Source: Halocafeteria seosinensis (lineage: Eukaryota). From it: a DNA stretch of 64,000 nt. The notes beneath the pieces were generated by a model. That model was not told the DNA's origin. It saw only the letters and a program-made list of their open reading frames with translations, and did not search any database. The position numbers and the translations under genes are program-made. Where the stretch lies: the NCBI GenBank assembly GCA_001687465.1, contig LVLI01000294.1:1-64000 (forward strand), in the 5' to 3' direction. The first letter of the stretch is position 1. Each line of letters begins with the position of its first letter. Below, one piece after another: positions 48,268 to 59,341 of the stretch.

Positions 48268-49582
48268 ATGCAGTCTCCATTGCTTGTCTTACTCTGGGTC
48301 TTCGTCGTGTTGATGGCTTATATGAGTCGTCTACATGTTACTGCTTCCAGGTCCATAGGTGATATCTACGGGAAGGATGCCCCCTTGGCTCGTTGTGTGG
48401 ACAGCCGATACTGTAATGTCGAGCTAAGTGTGGACGGTCAATGGGTGAGGTATGAACTGTCATCCACCTGCAGAAATGGAGACGAGCAAGACTATGAAGG
48501 AACCGATGTGGACGGAAGGAGTTACGCCATCAATCTATGCGGATATACAGACGATATTTGCGTTCCTAAAACATGGTATGCCGTGATTCCCAGTTAGTAT
48601 ACGCGTTCACTGACCCTCATTCGTGCGCTTTCCAGCCCGCCAAAGGAAGCTCGAGGTGCTGTGGTCCGATTTAAAACCTCAGCTCCTGCTTGCAACTCCT
48701 CCTCCCCGGCATGCAAGCATCCGATAACAGGCTCTCCAATCTGTTGCACTGCTCAATGTGATGGTAAGGATATCATGCGTTTTGATAGTGATAGCTGAAA
48801 ACGTCGTTGTATTGTCTCGCTTTACTGTGCATGCAGTGTGGCCTCAAAGTGTTCCTCAATGGACGCTATTAAACCACAATAACCCTGCTGCCGGGGGAAT
48901 ACAAGCGGAATACTCGTACAGAGTCATAGCAGACAAGGGGCATCAATGTGTTGACGTGAAAACTAGAATGCGTTTACGCCTCTATTGCAACTCCGCATTG
49001 TCAGAGTAAGAACCCCGAGTTCCGCATACAAGGAATTTTTATGACATTGGAACTTGACGGACTATGTCTCATCGCAGAACAAAGTTAAACTTTATTTCGC
49101 TTAACGACACCGATCCATATGATGTGATAATCGCATTTCAATCTCCTACAGCTTGCGGCAAGTTTCGAGTTAGCATAGGATGGATGCTAATTTTCAGTTT
49201 CCTCATGGTCGTCATCGTGTATTTCTTTCTTGGGATTTTGTACATCTCGTTCGCCAAACAGACGATGGCACTTCCACATGCCAGGCGTTGTGTCGCTTTC
49301 TGCAGGTAAGCCTCTCAAGTACTGCTTCCCTTGTGTCAATCACAAACACCAAGCACGCGATCATGCAGCTTTATAGCCGATGGAGTATTCTTCCTCCAAC
49401 ATATGGTGAAGGAAAGTGTAGGGGTGCTTTGGATGTACTCAAAGCATATTATACGCTGTCGTTGCCCGCAAACGTTCTCCCAGTCCTCCATTTTTAGGGC
49501 CAAACGGGCACTACGCGATCGAAGAACGATGATGAATCAGTATTACGGCGATTTTAATGAAACCACTTCAACTGCCACCTGA
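48268..49582 (+). CDS. ATG27 / mannose-6-phosphate-receptor-like type I membrane protein
   Basis: Signal peptide, Cys-rich lumenal domain (YAINLCG, GGIQAEY, LYCNS, SPTAC), TM helix GWMLIFSFLMVVIVYFFLGILY and an LPH..FIADGVFF tail; multi-exon. Confidence 0.75.
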
Positions 49583-50219
49583 GGAAGTTATGTGTTGATT
49601 TGCTTGCTTCACTAGACTCTGGAATTGGCCATCTTCGAGTGCTACCACCTGCGATGTCAGTGGACAACCCCAGGACTCAAGCGACTATAAAACGGGAGGC
49701 TAGGCCGTGTGTGCCACCTACTTCGATTCCAGCGCTTCTCAACTGCTCTACGCCTTGGCAATTCTCAACAAAAGTTTGTGGCTCTCGAAGGGCAAGAACC
49801 ACCTTCCGGATCCTGGCTTCAATAATCCTCTCCGTGCATGGTTTCTTTCCGGAGAGCCTGTGACTGCATGGCTCCATGGACGAGTAGAGGAACGCATTTT
49901 CCACTGCGTGGAGCCATTCCCTCATAATTGCAGTGTCCAGTTGTACGCAGTATGGAATCATTGACGTACCCTTTCGGTCATTCTGTTTTGCTTTCTCTAG
50001 CGCACATTCTTCCGCATGCGTGTTTCCGGGGAGCTCTCGAGAGAATCCTGTTGCAACCACTCGGTCCTCCTCAGGATCATGCGGTTGTACAATGACAGCT
50101 CCTACATTATACGCCGTATCGACTGAAGAGCAGCGAAAGGCCAACGCGCATGCTTGTTGAAGGTAATGCCTATCTTCATCTTCTTGGGCTGCATAAATAT
50201 TTGCCGATTCCGTATCCAT
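49568..50219 (-). CDS. Zinc-dependent pyrimidine deaminase (Rib2/DRAP-deaminase-like, CDA fold), 3 exons
   Basis: TAYNVGAVIV, TGFSRELPGNTHAEECAL, YSSMEPCSHRLSGKKPCTERI and EPQTFV..G..L..AGIE; last exon VVALEDGQFQSLVKQANQHITSSGGS*. Confidence 0.88.
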
Positions 50220-50500
50220 CGTAAGTTCTTGGGATTATTTATCGTGCGAGCATTATCAATGATTAGTTGTACCAAAAATAGTGTGGTGTATACGATACCC
50301 GGGAAATGCGCCCGGATTTGGGAGCAAGTGAAATGACATTGTCTCCACACTAGACATTGCATGCATTGTAAAGTGTGAATATTCATTTCTACGGTCGTCA
50401 CGACGATCCTCCTTTCCTTTGATACAAAAGTTAGTGCCGGGGATGTTTGATGAATGAGGTAAGATACAGCCCACCCTTTGCAGCTGAGAGAGGCTGTGTA

Positions 50501-50580
50501 GTATGTCCATGACGAATCCGTTAATGATTCTGCCTGAGACTACACCATCATGAGTGATCCCAACAGATTCAGAGACATAC
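50501..50580 (+). ncRNA. Box C/D snoRNA-like RNA A
   Basis: Terminal stem GTATGTC/GACATAC; C box ATGACGA (50509); D' CTGA (50534); C'-like ATGAGTGA (50550); D-like CAGA (50570); stem II GAATC/GATTC. Confidence 0.7.
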
Positions 50581-50691
50581 GCACAAACTACACATTTTAT
50601 GCTTCATGTTATAGTGCTGGCATGTGATAAATTGGGCTTGGCAAGTCGAGGCCCTCGAGGGGTGTCAGAGGGCGTAGAACGGCAAGAGAGC

Positions 50692-50781
50692 CTGTCGGTG
50701 AAGAGACCTTGTATCTTTTCCTCCGGCTGAAAGACCCAAGAGTCTAAATGCTGACATCCATACTAATGGTTTCCGAGACAG
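50692..50781 (+). ncRNA. Box C/D snoRNA-like RNA B (guide to LSU rRNA 5' region)
   Basis: Stem CTGTC/GACAG; C box GTGAAGA (50698); guide TCTTTTCCTCCG (50714-50725) is complementary to conserved LSU CGGAGGAAAAGA and lies 1 nt before D' CTGA (50727); C' ATGCTGA (50748); D-like CCGA (50773). Confidence 0.82.
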
Positions 50782-50848
50782 AGACGAGGGGCTGTAGGGC
50801 TCATCTGAGGTACATTTGCCGCAAGGTCTTCAAGGCATAAAAAACGAT

Positions 50849-50942
50849 CCTGTCGGTGACGAGACTGTGTATACTATACTTATCAGCTCGGTCTGAACCA
50901 ATGCCAAGATGAATGACCGACCCCAACGGTTTCCGAGACAGG
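50849..50942 (+). ncRNA. Box C/D snoRNA-like RNA C
   Basis: Stem CCTGTC/GACAGG; C box GTGACGA (50856); D' CTGA (50893); D-like CCGA (50933); stem II GAGACTGT/ACGGTTTC. Termini nearly identical to RNA B, interior different. Confidence 0.72.
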
Positions 50943-51060
50943 GTATCAAGCAGGGAGTCTACGGAGGCATTTTTCGACTGGTTCCTTGTGTGGTTTGCAA
51001 GTTGCCGATGAGTGGGTCCCTACTGGAGGGATTACGCGGAAATATGTGGTTGTTAGGGAA

Positions 51061-51183
51061 CGAGAAATAATGAGATCAGTGATGAAAGCAAGATAACTAC
51101 CTCTCTGAACCGATAATGCTCCTTTCGGGGATATGGGGACTACCAATATCTTCAATGGCTTTCCTGAGATCTCGTATTTCTCG
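51061..51183 (+). ncRNA. Box C/D snoRNA D (canonical boxes)
   Basis: Long terminal stem CGAGAAATA-TGAGATC/GATCTCG-TATTTCTCG; C box GTGATGA (51079); D' CTGA (51105); D box CTGA (51164). Confidence 0.85.
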
Positions 51184-51740
51184 CTTCGGTGCACATTCTT
51201 CCTTGCAAACGTTTTGTCTTTTCTTCCCATGTTGCAGTGGTTCTAAATAATTTTAATAGGATATCAGCAATTTATTTATTATTTATTTTCTCTTGCAGTG
51301 CATCTTGACCGTCAGACTTGGCGATTCTCATCTCGCACCGGGAAGCTCTGGATTTGGGGCGGCTAATTGTGCTGCCCTTCGACTTTTGTCGTTGACAATC
51401 AATTTGCTACATTGCGTGTTGCTATTGTAGACTTTCGTTTACCTGTATCTCGGCCTTTGTTTGTATCATTCTTTGCCATGAATCGGGCTGGTTTCCCTGG
51501 TAGAATCAATACGACCATATGTCATGTTCATCTACGAGATTCCAGTGACACAAATACTTATCGGGTTTCTGATATTGCCCCATTGAGAGGTACATCCGGC
51601 ACCCGTCGGAGCACTACCCAATTGTAGCTTACCATCACAGATACCCCCTGACGTGGCGCTGTTTTTGAATTCCATACCGACCAGTAGTTTAGAGTTGAGC
51701 TGGCTTGGCACACGTGCGATACAATTACTACAGCTGATAT

Positions 51741-54473
51741 ATGATGACGGGCCGTCAACGAAATCTGAAGCGTGGGCGAACGGAGGAAGAGGTGGAAAGC
51801 TGTGCCAACGGTGACAAGAGCACCGACAATGACGTAGGGGGGACTGAGTTGGTGGACGAGGAGCACCAAGTATTTCAAATGGAAGAACAAAACCGTGAAA
51901 AGAACCTGAATCGTGCCCACGAGCAAGCCAAGAAACTCATAGATAATGATGAGGAGTATCAGCGGCAGATAGACCTTCTGAACCGTACAATCGAAGGAGC
52001 CACCAAATACAGAGAGGCCATGAGCAAGCACTGGGAAGGTGAAAGCGTGCCAAATGTGAAGGAGATGCTACAAGGATTCCAGGGCTCCCTCCGCGACTAC
52101 CAAGTGGAAGGCTCCCAGTTTCTTGTCAACAAATTCTTTTTCGGGGAGAGTTGTATTCTCGCGGATGATATGGGCTTAGGCAAAACGATTCAAGTGATTG
52201 CGTTCTGTTGCTGGCTACGCGAATTCGAGATCACGGAGCTCCCGGAAGAATTCAGACCGATACTTATCGCCGTGCCCCTTTCAACAGCGTATAACTGGGT
52301 GAAGGAATTCGAAAGGTGAGCAAATGTACCTCAAGAACATATACTGCTAATCCCAGGGGTTGTTATTGATTTTCCCCTTCCTCTTCAGGTTTGCCCCGCA
52401 TCTACCCGTTCGCCTGTATTATGGCAACCAGCAGGAGCGGCAATCCACATGGGAAGATATTGCGTCTTCACATGATAAAGCTCTAGAAAAAGTTTCTGAT
52501 ATACAACGGAAAGTAGAGAACAGAAAGCCTACGAGTACAGAGCAGTCCAAGATGCAACGCGAAAAGCGGAAGTGTGTACCACCAATTGTGATTACAAACT
52601 ATGCGAAAGCGATCAACGACTATAAAGTGTTAAGTATGTCTGGACGGTACACTTAGTGTTACATGTATACCTGCACTCGCTTTCGCTTTGCAGGGCAACT
52701 CAACTGGGGGATCTGCGTCGTTGACGAAGGGCAATGTGTGAAAAACCCTGAGTCTCTCCTGAAACACAAACTGAGTCAGCTCGCACCAGTGTAAGTAATT
52801 ATGATTTTTCTACTTCACCCAAAACTGTATACGACCATAGAAGAATTGAGTTACCGGACACAGGTCTTTTGACTCTGTGCATCAGCCTATGAGGCTCTTG
52901 CTGACCGGCACACCAGTTGGAAACGACTTGCTAGAGCTGTGGTCCCTCTGCAACTTCGTAATGCCCCAGGTCTTTGTGGACTCTGGCATGGCCGATAAAA
53001 TTTACGGATTTTCCCACATAGAAGACTTAGAGGGAAAAGAGCTAGTGCTTGCTGTAAGTGGTGGATCCAATTTTTCTGTCTTAAAACGATACGATCTTAT
53101 CACTGCTGCTTGTTCTTCAGCGAGAAAAAGCGGACCAAATCGTGTCTAAGCTCCGGGAGCTGCTAGGATGGTACATGCTAAGGCGCACTAAAGATGAGAG
53201 TGGGCTCAAACTTCCTCCGAAAGGGGAGGTAGTTATATATTGTGAGCCTACACAAGAGCAAGCAAAGTTGGCAAAAGCAATCCTAGATGAAGACGCTAGT
53301 CAAGCCGCCGAAGATATGGGATGGATGCCTACCAGTAACGCAAACTTACATTTCATCGAGGACGCAGATGTATCCCAAAACAAGAAACAAAAGTCCAATG
53401 GCAAGATCTCATTGAACAACAAACTCAACCAGCTTCGGAAAGTTTATAACCATCCCTATCTGGTCGCGGAGCCTAAGGACTTGATCATGAAAAATAAGAC
53501 AGACGAGAGAATTGTGGAGCATTCCAGCAAGATGAAAGTGCTCGATAAAATGCTCACACATTTGAAGAAGCACGGTCACAAAGTCATTATTTTCAGCCAG
53601 TACAAGCTAGTACTTAACTGCTTGGAGGATTATTTGCTTATGAATGAGCAAAAGTTCGGAGGTTATCGAAGATTGGACGGCGACGTAGACTCTATTGATC
53701 GGGCTAGGTACATGGACGACTTTAACAACGACTCAAGCATCTTTGTATTCTTAGCAAGCACCAGAGCTGGTGGATTGGGTGTCAACTTGGTTGGTGCAGA
53801 CACTGTAGTGATCTTTGACAGTGACTGGGTAAGTGAGTTCGATATCTGAAACGTGAGCGCAGCGTCGGAAAGTTAAGGCTGGAGTGCAGAACCCGAACCA
53901 AGATTCCCAAGCACAAGATCGTGTGCACCGCATTGGGCAGGAAAAATCGGTGATCGTATACCGCTTGATAACTGCTAGTGAGGTTGAGGTATGTCGTAAT
54001 AAGTGCTACTTACAGCATGTAATTCCCAGTGTCAACAACCCATTCACATTATTCAGAAGTATATGCTCCGCAAACATATGGGGAAGAAAGGATTACAGCG
54101 AATGATTTTGAATGAAGGGCAACGTCAAAACCGGAAAAATCAGAACGGAAAAGATAGAAAAGAAGAAATAGGCGAAATTACGGAGCCTCTCTTACGCCAC
54201 TGGTTAAAAAACGATGTTGAAGGACGAACTGATGGCATTTCGGACAAAGAGCTGAGGCTGCTGTTGGATCGATCCACGGCGCTGTATGCTGCCCGGAAGC
54301 GAGCTTTGGAATCCCAGGAAGATGAACATCAGGCGAATACACCGAATTCCAAGAAAAAGACATCCTTCCACATTTCCATAGTTGATATCGGCAAACCTCA
54401 ATGTGACCTCGCATCTTCTGGGAAGGCGTACGAGTTCGTGTATCAAAGCGCGGCTCTAGAGCACTTTGACTAG
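51741..54473 (+). CDS. SNF2-family chromatin remodeller, LSH/HELLS/DDM1-like
   Basis: [77 protein letters not shown] and [21 protein letters not shown]; multi-exon. Confidence 0.88.
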
Positions 54474-54954
54474 CGTTGAGCGAAGAGTCCACTAGGGTTT
54501 TGCTCCTTGATAAATTCAACATAGTGAGTCATTATGTGATAACAAATAGGGCACAAACTTTTCATCATTTGTGTGATAAGTTCCGGACAGCTTTTGAGGA
54601 ACTTGAGAAGTGTCGTAGAACTCGGGGCAAACCAGTTGCTTAAGGATATTCACATAGACAACGTTGAAACTTCGGCTTTTCTGGGCTTTGTCGATGCTCC
54701 TTCGATCATCGATCACCGTGGATGCATCTGACTGAGAGAATCGAAGTCGCCAGGAGTTGCAAGTCTATGGCAATTGCAAAACGTCTGTTATGGCTATTTC
54801 TATGCCATCTTGATGGCGGTGGAGTACTTGAGGCGCAGCAATTGGCTTCCGTCCTAAAAGCGCATGGGAATTCCAACCCGGTACACCGCAGTAAGGCAGA
54901 AGATACCGGTAGGTTCGAGAGCTACGGAAAGCTCGTATATCCCCAAAAATAGAC

Positions 54955-55857
54955 ATGATAGTGCGAAAAGAAGTTTCTCATCGCTTCCTGTCCCAAAATG
55001 TAATTGGGACTGGGACAGCTTTTGTGGACCTACCCTGGGATTGGAACGCCGAAAAACCAGTTCACATCTACCACTTCACAGCGCGAACATTTATGACATC
55101 CAACAGACAAGTGCCACCACGGGACGTCGATTGGGTTGATCTGAGTACCCGACAGTTTTTCACCAAACGCAGTGCCCGTACGTTTGAGGTAAACACGGGT
55201 TATGCGTTGCTGTGTGTCGTCGCCTTTAGAATTGCAGCCTGTGGGGTACTGGGGAGATGGGACTACTTTGCCGGATCCGACAAGATTCCAGGAAGGATTC
55301 GCTGATGACTCATTGCGTCTTTTAGTAGTTGAATATCTCAAAAAGGCTCCCCTTGAGTCGATTGAGCTGGGTTACAGTTGGTGTCGATTCAGCTCCTGCA
55401 CGGCGTCCCACAAAGTGCTAGGGTGTTGTAATATGACGGATGGAGTGTTTGTGTGGCCCGAAGGACTATATCATTACGTAAGGGATCACGATGGTACGTG
55501 GAGACAGAAGGACGAATACCGCTTGTGCCACATGTAAATTGTTTCTTGTAGCATCGACTGGCTGCAGTGAATCCTTCCCACCAGCTAGTCACACATGTGA
55601 TCCAACAAGCGCAATACTTTATGAACGCTAACGAACCGTTGTATCCGATCCTACGCGATCGGAACTCCAACAAACAGGGGAAAAGCCAAGAAACAATTGA
55701 CTATCACGAACTACTACAGTCTGTTAAAAATGCCGAGAACTCAAACAGGCTTATGCTGGAACCAGTAACTACGTCAGACAGCAGTTACGTGGTCGCAATA
55801 AGCATTCCAGAAATGAACAGAACATGGCTCCAAGGAAATACGCTTTTGTCGATTTGA
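54955..55857 (+). CDS. Uncharacterised protein with GYW..LPDP / G-Y-S-x-C-R..C / WPEGLxHY domain (5' end uncertain, may start near 54767)
   Basis: Spliced: ..RTFE|PVGYWGDGTTLPDP..YLKK..LGYSWCRFSSC..LGCCNMTDGVFVWPEGLYHYVRDHD|VNPSHQLV. Confidence 0.7.
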
Positions 55858-55892
55858 ACAAGATGATGGAGCGCGCGACACCCTTCGCTACC

Positions 55893-57202
55893 TCAATCAA
55901 GAGCAAGGTCTTGGCTGTTTGACCTGTATCTCGTATTTTGCTTACGCAGCGCTGAATCCATTTTTGGGTCACGATTTCGCCGCCGGTAGGGCATCATCAA
56001 TAAATGATCGAGGTTAGATTGCGTTGGCATGCACGGTCCTGCAAATTACAGTATGGATACTCTTGTAATTGGTCGACCCTCTCCAGTGAGCTGCAGGGGA
56101 TATCACATACCTCTAACCCATCGGGACTGGAGATAAGTTTCACCAGTATCTTCGTCATATAAAATATATCGAAGGGTGTTTCGCGAATTTCCTATCGGGC
56201 CATCGGGTCTACCAGGTGTCAATTCTGGTTCGGTTGCATCAAAGTACAGAAACGCTTCGGCTTCAGGAATATAGACACTGCAGAAGACGTGGACCGTAGG
56301 CTCGTGAATTGCCTCGAAGAGCTCAGGTTCTACTCGTTCTCCGCACCGGAAAATCTCCTTGGTTATGTGTACGATGGTGTAGCCTGCGATGCGTACCAGT
56401 GGCGGCGTAGACACACTCCAGTCTAATCAGTGTAAAAGCACCGCTGCTTACCTGCGGGTATACCGGCTGCTCTTAGTAGTGCGACCTGTAAATTAGTCTT
56501 ATTCGTGCACATGCCTTCCTTGATCTCTGCTGTCTCGCTTGCCTTCATCTCCTTCGGATGTAGCATGTACTGAATATGGTTGCGAACGTAGCGACGGACT
56601 GCGCAGGCAGCGGTGAAGGGAGACGAACCAGCATCGATAATTTCCTTTGCTAACTCCTGTATCCGAGGCGAACGAGAATCACAGATCTCTGTCGGCAACA
56701 GAAACGGTGTGAGGTGCATCATTCCGTCTTCCGGTTCCGGCATGGAAGGTGAGCAGAATGCTCTGAGGGCTTGATACTTCCGCTCTTGTTCAGCCGACAC
56801 ATCCACGGGTGATTCCGCCTCTTCATAGGTGAAATCGTCACTTTCAGCATTCATAATACACTGGTATGCGTTATTTACGGATGAATCTTGCTGCTTCACG
56901 GGAACCACATCTACGAGGTTAGTTTCGTTGACAGCTCCTAGTCTTGCTCGTCGTGATGATTGTCCTGGCCCTCCACCTCCCCTACCATTGGTGCTTGTAT
57001 TGTCTTCCGTCCTGCTCGGTATGGGCGCTCGTCCTGCCTTCTGCTGTTTGTCATTGCCATACTGTCGAGACCTCACGCGGGATTTTGTCTTGGGTGACGA
57101 GGGGTCGTGGTGCCTCTTGGGTTCGCCATCCGAGTTCCCAGCAGGATTCTGTTGGATCAGATTCATCGAATACTGAACCATTCGATTCGCAAAATCGCCC
57201 AT
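55893..57202 (-). CDS. Transglutaminase-like (Cys-His-Asp) domain protein with disordered N-terminus, 3 exons
   Basis: VRRYVRNHIQY, ASET..EGMCTNKTNLQVALLRAAGIPAG|Y, HVFCSVYI and FDAT; last exon GPCMPTQSNLDHLL...LALD*. Confidence 0.85.
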
Positions 57203-57498
57203 CGTCGTTTAGTATCCTGTCGTCACGACAGCAGAAGAGCACACACAGCGCTACCGAACCAACACTATCACACACAGGCGCTGTCAGGCAGCTTGCTAAC
57301 CCTTGCGTTGAAGTCGACGAAAAGAAAGAGCGACGGGCCATGGCCCATGGCAGCAAACCAAAGCAAAGTTCAAGGCGTATATACAGAACCACTTGCGTAC
57401 ATGGCGCCACGATTGTAGATGTTAAGGCTACATGTACTCAGTGATCATGCACTCACTACCCGAAGTGAGAATAAAGCGTCAGAGGATAAACAGTGAAT

Positions 57499-58404
57499 AT
57501 GGCATCGTCGTCGTGGGATTCCTCGGCCACGGGATCATCCGCCGTGGATGGCTCCTCCTCTCCATCCTCTCTGAAGCCAAAACACCGTCTTAAACCCAAA
57601 CCCAGCGGTATTCTCAAAAACAGTAAGGACGGTAGTTCTCCGCGTAGCGATTCGCAAAGCCAGCAGCAGCGAAGGCGAGCCGGGTTTAACATGCAAGAAG
57701 ACTACAGCAGCTACGGAACTAAAGGTGCAGCGTTTGCTGGAGTAGATGCCGCCGCCACAGCGAGCAATGGAGCTTTTCAAGGATCCTACCAGTCCACGGG
57801 AAATGAACGTAGAAAACGTAAAACCCGTGGGATCCAATGGGATGAAAACACACTTGCTGAACATGACAAGGAAAGAGGAACACGCATGCGCATTCGGGAG
57901 CCGAAGACACCATTTGAAGGGAGACGAAATTCTGGTATGTAAACTATGCTGTGGTGGAGAGAACGTTTGTTTAAGAACAATTAGCATATAGCATTGCAGT
58001 CGACTCGATGGATAGTACGGATGGAAATTCCTGTAGTGATGAATGGGATCATGCCATCGGCGTCTCAGGAAGCGAACATGACGTAGCTATGGGTAAGCCT
58101 AAGCTAAGCTATCATTGTATGGTTTCGTGACATCCTCCATTAATAATTTTATTGCTTTCATGACCGATGCACAGGTGATTGGGATGCTCTTAGTAATGGT
58201 GCCACTAATTCTGAGGAAAATCACAATGCCGAATCACCTCCCAAGACAGAATTCGAAGCAGCTCGAGCTGCTCATTATAAAGAGGAAGCAGTAAAAGCCC
58301 AACAGGTGAAAGACCTGTTAAAACGCAGAGGGAAACCGCTGGAAGATGAATTGGACAGTGATGATGAAGACCAAATCAAGGATGGAGATGCTGCTATGGT
58401 ATAG
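57499..58404 (+). CDS. PPP1R2: Protein phosphatase 1 inhibitor-2 (IPP-2) family, 3 exons
   Basis: SGILKN, IQWDENTL, MRIREPKTPF and EFEAARAAHYKEE motifs. Confidence 0.9.
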
Positions 58405-58760
58405 CATGGCTGATCTTAAATAACTCAAGAGTACAATACAATATTCATCATGCCCCCTCTTTACTTCACTATTATTGTACGCTGTCTACCCTCCTGAAGT
58501 GTGAAAAACAAATGCACATATGCTGAAGAATTACACCAGTGGCAGACAAGAAAACGGATTGAAGTGCTACACTGATCCTTCGTATAGGGATACTTAACAC
58601 TTAAACTTGATACCACCCAATTTTATCAACGGCTCTGAACCTCTGATTCTCCAATTTGGCGTTTTGCGCCTGTACTGTGGTGATACCCCACTCCAGTTGG
58701 CGATTCTGTGTCCGCTTCGCACTCGTTCACATAAGTTCCATTATCCGTTCGTACTTTCAG

Positions 58761-58975
58761 ACACACACACACACACACAAATGTGACAGATAGCCCAACG
58801 GACGAATACGCGTCTCCTCCTGGGGCTACCTTCTTTTTCTCTCACCATTAAATTCGTCCATTTCTCTCTTCCTTTCGCCTTTTACTTTGCTATGCATCGC
58901 ATTCGGCTTCTTGTCCCAATGTGCAATCAGTTTACGTACACACACACACAAATGTGACAGATAGCCCACCGGACG
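58761..58975. repeat. Dispersed direct repeat (CA)n-AATGTGACAGATAGCCCAMCGGACG x2
   Basis: Copies at about 58761-58804 and 58938-58975, upstream of the patatin gene. Confidence 0.85.
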
Positions 58976-59341
58976 GGGAATGTTTACGTGCTCTGTCCAA
59001 CTCCGTACTTCGTTTGCGCATGGCTTTTCTTGTTCTGCAATTCGTTTCCGTAGATCTTCTATTACTTCTGCGTTAATGTGAGTCCTCTGAAACAGTTCGT
59101 CTACTAATCATAGGCTTTGGTGGTGCGTTACCAAAAGTCTCACTTCCTGACAGAAAGCCCATCGAACCTGCTCATCTTCAACTTGCTCTGCATGCCTACC
59201 ACTACTGTACATGTCTTAACCATTATTTATGTCTCGTTAGCTGAAGTATTATGTCGCTGCTATTGTTGCGGGAAGACAATTGGTCCAAACATTGTGCCGT
59301 GTTCATTCGATAGCGCAGTGTAGTTGTATTTGGCAGTGAAA

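Larger units (their letters stand above)
50405..51300 (+). ncRNA. Putative non-coding snoRNA host transcript
   Basis: Pyrimidine-rich start (CCTCCTTTCCTTT at about 50408), donor GTAAGA at 50459, acceptor TTATAG at 50614, 26-nt exon, GC donor GCAAGT at 50641, polypyrimidine acceptor TTGCAG at 51237 (or 51298). No meaningful ORF; ends are approximate. Confidence 0.5.

Noticed and set aside
50691..50942. Repeated CCTGTCGGTGA..GGTTTCCGAGACAG read as CRISPR repeats, MITE ends or SECIS elements
   Set aside because: Only two copies, no cas genes or target-site duplication, and no upstream selenoprotein. Internal D'/C' boxes and an rRNA guide fit C/D snoRNAs better.
52770..52890. Apparent frameshift or non-canonical splice in the LSH-like gene
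   Set aside because: Using the CAG acceptor at 52863 restores the frame with a canonical GT-AG intron.
54480..54580. ATGATGA C box on the minus strand
   Set aside because: No D box or terminal stem at a suitable distance.
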